Shown here: positions 60,606 to 64,000 of the stretch, piece after piece
Position numbering within the stretch: the first letter of the stretch is position 1
Layout: every line of letters begins with the position of its first letter
Source of the DNA: a bacterium
Lineage (GTDB): Bacteria; Electryoneota; Electryoneia; Electryoneales; Electryoneaceae
Length of the DNA stretch: 64,000 bases
Direction: 5' to 3'
Assembly: GCA_963669175.1 (NCBI GenBank)
Contig: OY769902.1
Coordinates: 1,952,001-2,016,000, forward strand
Translations under genes and position numbers: made by a program
The notes under the pieces: generated by a model
Told to the model about the DNA's origin: nothing
What the model saw: only the letters and a program-made list of their open reading frames with translations
Databases searched by the model: none

Positions 60606-60677
60606 TGGGGTGTCGCCAAGCGGTAAGGCAGCGGTTTTTGGGGCCGCCATTCGCTGGTTCGAATCCAGCCACCCCAG
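60606..60677 (+). tRNA. tRNA-Gln (anticodon TTG), CCA not encoded
   Basis: Acceptor stem TGGGGTG/CACCCCA, D-arm GCCAAGCGGTAAGGC, anticodon stem GCGGT/GCCGC with loop TTTTGGG, T-arm GCTGG-TTCGAAT-CCAGC. Confidence 0.95.
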
Positions 60678-60692
60678 CAAAGGGAAGGATAG

Positions 60693-61643
60693 ATGATTTC
60701 CGGGTTGAGTCAGCAGATTAAAATCTTCACCGGTAGCGCACATCCTGAATTGGCGCGTTCTATCGCGAATTGTATTGGGATTCCGATGGGTGCGGCAGAA
60801 GTAGGGCGTTTTTCTGACGGTGAGATTTCGGTTAAAATCCATGAAAATATTCGTGGATGGGATGTTTTTATTGTCCAACCGACCTTTCCTCCAGGTGACA
60901 ACCTGCTGGAACTGTTAATCATGCTGGATGCGTGTCGCAGGGCTTCAGCCAAGCGGATAACGGCAGTGATTCCGTATTTCGGTTATGCACGGCAGGACCG
61001 GAAGGACGAATCACGTGTTCCCATTACCGCGAAGCTGGCAGCTAACCTGATCACAGCATCCGGTGCGGATCGTGTACTGACGATGGACTTACACAGTGCG
61101 CAGATCCAGGGCTTTTTTGATATTCCCCTGGATCACCTGTACGGTTCAGCGGTATTTGTACCGTACTTTCAGAAGAATCCGATCAAGGATCTTGTTGTGG
61201 TATCGCCGGATGTCGGCGGGATAAAACTGGCGCGGGCCTATTCGAACCGGCTGAGTGCGAACCTGGCTATCGTTGATAAGCGCAGAGTCAGGGCGAATGT
61301 AGCAAAAGCAATGAATGTGCTTGGGGATGTAGACGGGAAGAACGTGTTGCTGGTTGACGATATGGTTGACACGGCAGGGACGTTGTGTGAAGCAGCGCGT
61401 GCCTTGTCAGACCATGGTGCAGCGAAAGTAATGGCCGCAGCCGTTCATCCCATGTTAAGCGGGCCGGCATATGATTTACTGGATGCCAGTCCGATTGAAA
61501 AGTTGTTTGTAGCGGATACGATACCTCAAAAGGACGGCCGGGATGATCCGCCGTGGCTTGCGAGGTTAAGCATAACCGAGATCTTCGCGGATGCAATTCA
61601 ACGCATCTATCACGAAGAGTCCATCAGTAGTTTGTTTGTGTAA
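60693..61643 (+). CDS. prs: ribose-phosphate pyrophosphokinase
   Basis: FSDGEI, PYFGYARQDRK, DLHSAQIQGFF, VSPDVGG, VDDMVDTAGT. Confidence 0.98.
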   Translation: MISGLSQQIKIFTGSAHPELARSIANCIGIPMGAAEVGRFSDGEISVKIHENIRGWDVFIVQPTFPPGDNLLELLIMLDACRRASAKRITAVIPYFGYARQDRKDESRVPITAKLAANLITASGADRVLTMDLHSAQIQGFFDIPLDHLYGSAVFVPYFQKNPIKDLVVVSPDVGGIKLARAYSNRLSANLAIVDKRRVRANVAKAMNVLGDVDGKNVLLVDDMVDTAGTLCEAARALSDHGAAKVMAAAVHPMLSGPAYDLLDASPIEKLFVADTIPQKDGRDDPPWLARLSITEIFADAIQRIYHEESISSLFV

Positions 61644-61654
61644 CGAGGTAGATC

Positions 61655-62302
61655 GTGGCTGAGACAATTACCCTCACAGGCCAGCTCCGTGAGGAAAAAG
61701 GCAAAGGCGCCAACAGTAATCTGCGTAAAAGCGGTCTGGTACCAGGCGTTTTTTATAAGGGTGGTGAAGAAGCTGTTGCCCTGAAGTTCGATTCACGTGA
61801 AGTGCGTGCACTGCTCCAGAAGCGTCCGCCCCTTTTCCAGGTCAGTTGGGGCCAGGGCGAGGGTGAGACTTTTGAATGTGTATTGCGTGAAATCCAGTAT
61901 CATCCGGTATCTCGCCAGGTGGTCCACATGGATCTCATGGGTATCACTCGCGGTGTACAGATGGATGTCAATGTTCCTCTCCGCGTGGTGGGTGATCCCG
62001 CAGGCGTAAAAGAGGGTGGCGTTCTGAACGTATCCATGAATGATGTGGATATTCGCTGTTTGCCGAAAGACATTCCCGAAGTGGTAGAAGTGGATGTTTC
62101 CAACCTGGGCATTGGCGATTCTATTCATCTTGGGGATATTTCCCTTGAAGGCATCGAGTGGATTACCAATTCGGATCGTACTGTAGCTGCCGTGGTTGCA
62201 CCGCGTGTAGTGGCAGATGATGGTGCGGGCGAAGGTGACGAACTTGAAGAAGGCGCTGAAGCAGGCGCTGAAGCGGCGGAAGAAGGCGGGAGCGAGGAGT
62301 AA
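61655..62302 (+). CDS. rplY: 50S ribosomal protein L25/Ctc
   Basis: GKGANSNLRKSGLVPGVFY, IQYHPV..HMD, GVKEGG; position between prs and pth. Confidence 0.95.
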   Translation: MAETITLTGQLREEKGKGANSNLRKSGLVPGVFYKGGEEAVALKFDSREVRALLQKRPPLFQVSWGQGEGETFECVLREIQYHPVSRQVVHMDLMGITRGVQMDVNVPLRVVGDPAGVKEGGVLNVSMNDVDIRCLPKDIPEVVEVDVSNLGIGDSIHLGDISLEGIEWITNSDRTVAAVVAPRVVADDGAGEGDELEEGAEAGAEAAEEGGSEE

Positions 62303-62305
62303 TCC

Positions 62306-62989
62306 GTGTCTCGCCGGCTCGTAACAGGTTTGGGTAATCCGGGCCCGGAGTACGAGCACACATGGCACAACCTAGGTTTCCATGTGATCAGACGGCTGGC
62401 CGAGAAGCAACGTATCGGTCTGCACCGAAAAGGCGACTCGCTGGTTGGGCAGGGGACGATAGGCGGCAAGGAAGTTACCCTGCTCATGCCATTGACCTAT
62501 ATGAACCTGAGTGGGCATGAAGTAGCCCACTGGGCGAAAAAGCTGAACCTGCATGATGATGAGATTCTGGTCGTTTATGACGATCATGATCTCCCTCGTG
62601 GCTTGATGCGTCTACGGTCTTCGGGCGGTGATGGCGGTCATCGGGGCATGCGTTCTGTGCTGGCAGAAGTCGGCAGCAACGCCGTTCAGAGGTTTCGGCT
62701 GGGGATCCGTGACGAGAGTTTGGATCCCGAGGCCGGCGGGTACGAGGATTTAGCTGACAGGGTGCTACAGCCGTTGACTGCTTGTGAAGAAAAGCACGTG
62801 GAAACAATTGTCGAAGCAGCGGCTAAAGCGATACGGGACTGGGTCGACAAAGGAGCTGTGGAAGCCATGAATCGTCACAATAATCGGCGAATTCCCGCTC
62901 CGAAAACGGATCAGCAAATCAGTAAAGACAGAGAAAAAATTCACAAAGACAGTTCCGAGCACGGCAAAGGAAACGGGCGCAAGTCTTGA
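62306..62989 (+). CDS. pth: peptidyl-tRNA hydrolase
   Basis: GLGNPGPEYEHTWHNLGF, TYMNLSG, VVYDD, GGHRGMRS, RFRLGI. Confidence 0.95.
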   Translation: MSRRLVTGLGNPGPEYEHTWHNLGFHVIRRLAEKQRIGLHRKGDSLVGQGTIGGKEVTLLMPLTYMNLSGHEVAHWAKKLNLHDDEILVVYDDHDLPRGLMRLRSSGGDGGHRGMRSVLAEVGSNAVQRFRLGIRDESLDPEAGGYEDLADRVLQPLTACEEKHVETIVEAAAKAIRDWVDKGAVEAMNRHNNRRIPAPKTDQQISKDREKIHKDSSEHGKGNGRKS

Positions 62990-63049
62990 AATGGACAGCG
63001 CCCGACTCTGTTATAGCTGACACAAAACCAAAACAGATACAGAGATACA

Positions 63050-63091
63050 TCTGGGCTAAGGGAGGCTCCCGCAGAAGCGGGACAAACCAGA
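63050..63091 (+). ncRNA. candidate cis-regulatory RNA (possible Na+-I/DUF1646 riboswitch) in the hppA leader
   Basis: P1 TCTGG/CCAGA, asymmetric internal loop GCTAAGGGAGGC/CAAA, P2 TCCCGC-AGAA-GCGGGA; the 3' strand of P1 overlaps the RBS. Confidence 0.5.
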
Positions 63092-63101
63092 GGAAGTGAG
63101 C

Positions 63102-64000
63102 ATGGATTTCTCGACGTTGTTGTACGCAGCGCCGGTTTTCGGTCTGCTCGCAGTGCTGTTTGCCTTCTTCAAAACCTCATGGGTTAAGAAGCAGGATCCA
63201 GGCGACGAGTACATGCAGGAAATCGGTGGCCACATTCAGGAAGGCGCGATGGCGTTCCTGGGCCGTGAGTACAAAGTGCTATCCATCTTTGTTGTGATTG
63301 TCGCCATTCTCCTGGCGGTGTCCAATGCAAAAACGGCGAACAGTTCGTGGTGGATCGGGCTGTCGTTCGTCGTAGGCGCCCTGTGCAGCGGCTTGTCGGG
63401 TTACCTCGGCATGCGTGTTGCCACAATGGCCAACATTCGTACAGCTTCAGCAGGACGTGACAGCCTGAACAAGGCGCTGGTCGTTGCGTTCTCCGGTGGT
63501 ACGGTCATGGGTATGAACGTCGTAGGTTTAGCGCTGCTCGGCCTTGGCCTGCTGTTCATGCTTTACATCAAGGGTGGTATTGCTGGTGACGCCCTGAACA
63601 GTGCGGATGATCTGGCACGGACCATTCAGATCCTGTCCGGTTTCTCGCTGGGCGCTTCTTCCATCGCGTTGTTCGCACGTGTTGGTGGCGGTATTTACAC
63701 CAAGGCTGCGGACGTTGGCGCGGACCTCGTGGGTAAAGTCGAAGCCGGTATTCCGGAAGACGACCCGCGCAACCCGGCAACCATCGCTGACAATGTTGGT
63801 GACAATGTCGGTGACGTAGCCGGTATGGGCGCTGACCTTTTCGAAAGTTTTGTCGGCTCCATCATCGGCGCCATGGTTATCGGCGCAAGCTACTGGATCT
63901 ACGCTGGCAAGGACGCCGCGCTTGGTCTGGTATTCATGCCGCTCATCATCGCCGGTGTCGGTGTGCTGATTTCAATTATTGGTACTTTCTTCGTTCGCAC
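63102..64000 (+). CDS. hppA: membrane-bound (probably Na+-translocating) pyrophosphatase, 5' part; runs off the window
   Basis: Absent from the ORF track (no stop in window). Manual translation gives MDFSTLLY...[11 protein letters not shown]...[54 protein letters not shown]. Confidence 0.96.
   Translation, partial: MDFSTLLYAAPVFGLLAVLFAFFKTSWVKKQDPGDEYMQEIGGHIQEGAMAFLGREYKVLSIFVVIVAILLAVSNAKTANSSWWIGLSFVVGALCSGLSGYLGMRVATMANIRTASAGRDSLNKALVVAFSGGTVMGMNVVGLALLGLGLLFMLYIKGGIAGDALNSADDLARTIQILSGFSLGASSIALFARVGGGIYTKAADVGADLVGKVEAGIPEDDPRNPATIADNVGDNVGDVAGMGADLFESFVGSIIGAMVIGASYWIYAGKDAALGLVFMPLIIAGVGVLISIIGTFFVR

Overview
Bacterial chromosomal window, probably from an FCB-superphylum lineage (inferred from two proteins with T9SS-type C-terminal sorting domains and the spoVG-tRNA-Gln-prs-rplY-pth block). 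Main blocks: (i) housekeeping and accessory genes (DUF2239, HMA-fused permease, PLP aminotransferase, hflX, BatA/VWA protein, MEDS protein plus PAS hybrid kinase); (ii) a complete group 3d bidirectional [NiFe]-hydrogenase operon hoxEFUYH plus maturation protease; (iii) a secreted subclass B1 metallo-beta-lactamase with an SPM-1-like central insertion; (iv) a long RelA/SpoT homologue lacking the HD motif; (v) an ECF sigma/anti-sigma module with a directly readable promoter motif; (vi) an 18.5-kb type IV pilus operon with no PilY1 that instead carries a Wza/OPX-like SLBB protein and a 1131-aa Ig-repeat lipoprotein between pilQ and pilB; (vii) the 5' part of a membrane pyrophosphatase gene with a candidate Na+ riboswitch. 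The intergenic DNA is dense in non-autonomous elements: at least four MITE types with different terminal inverted repeats and flanking direct repeats, most loaded with REP-like palindromes and some inserted into other repeats, including one filled/empty site pair. No transposase gene and no CRISPR array is visible. All product calls come from motif recognition by eye; no database search was run.
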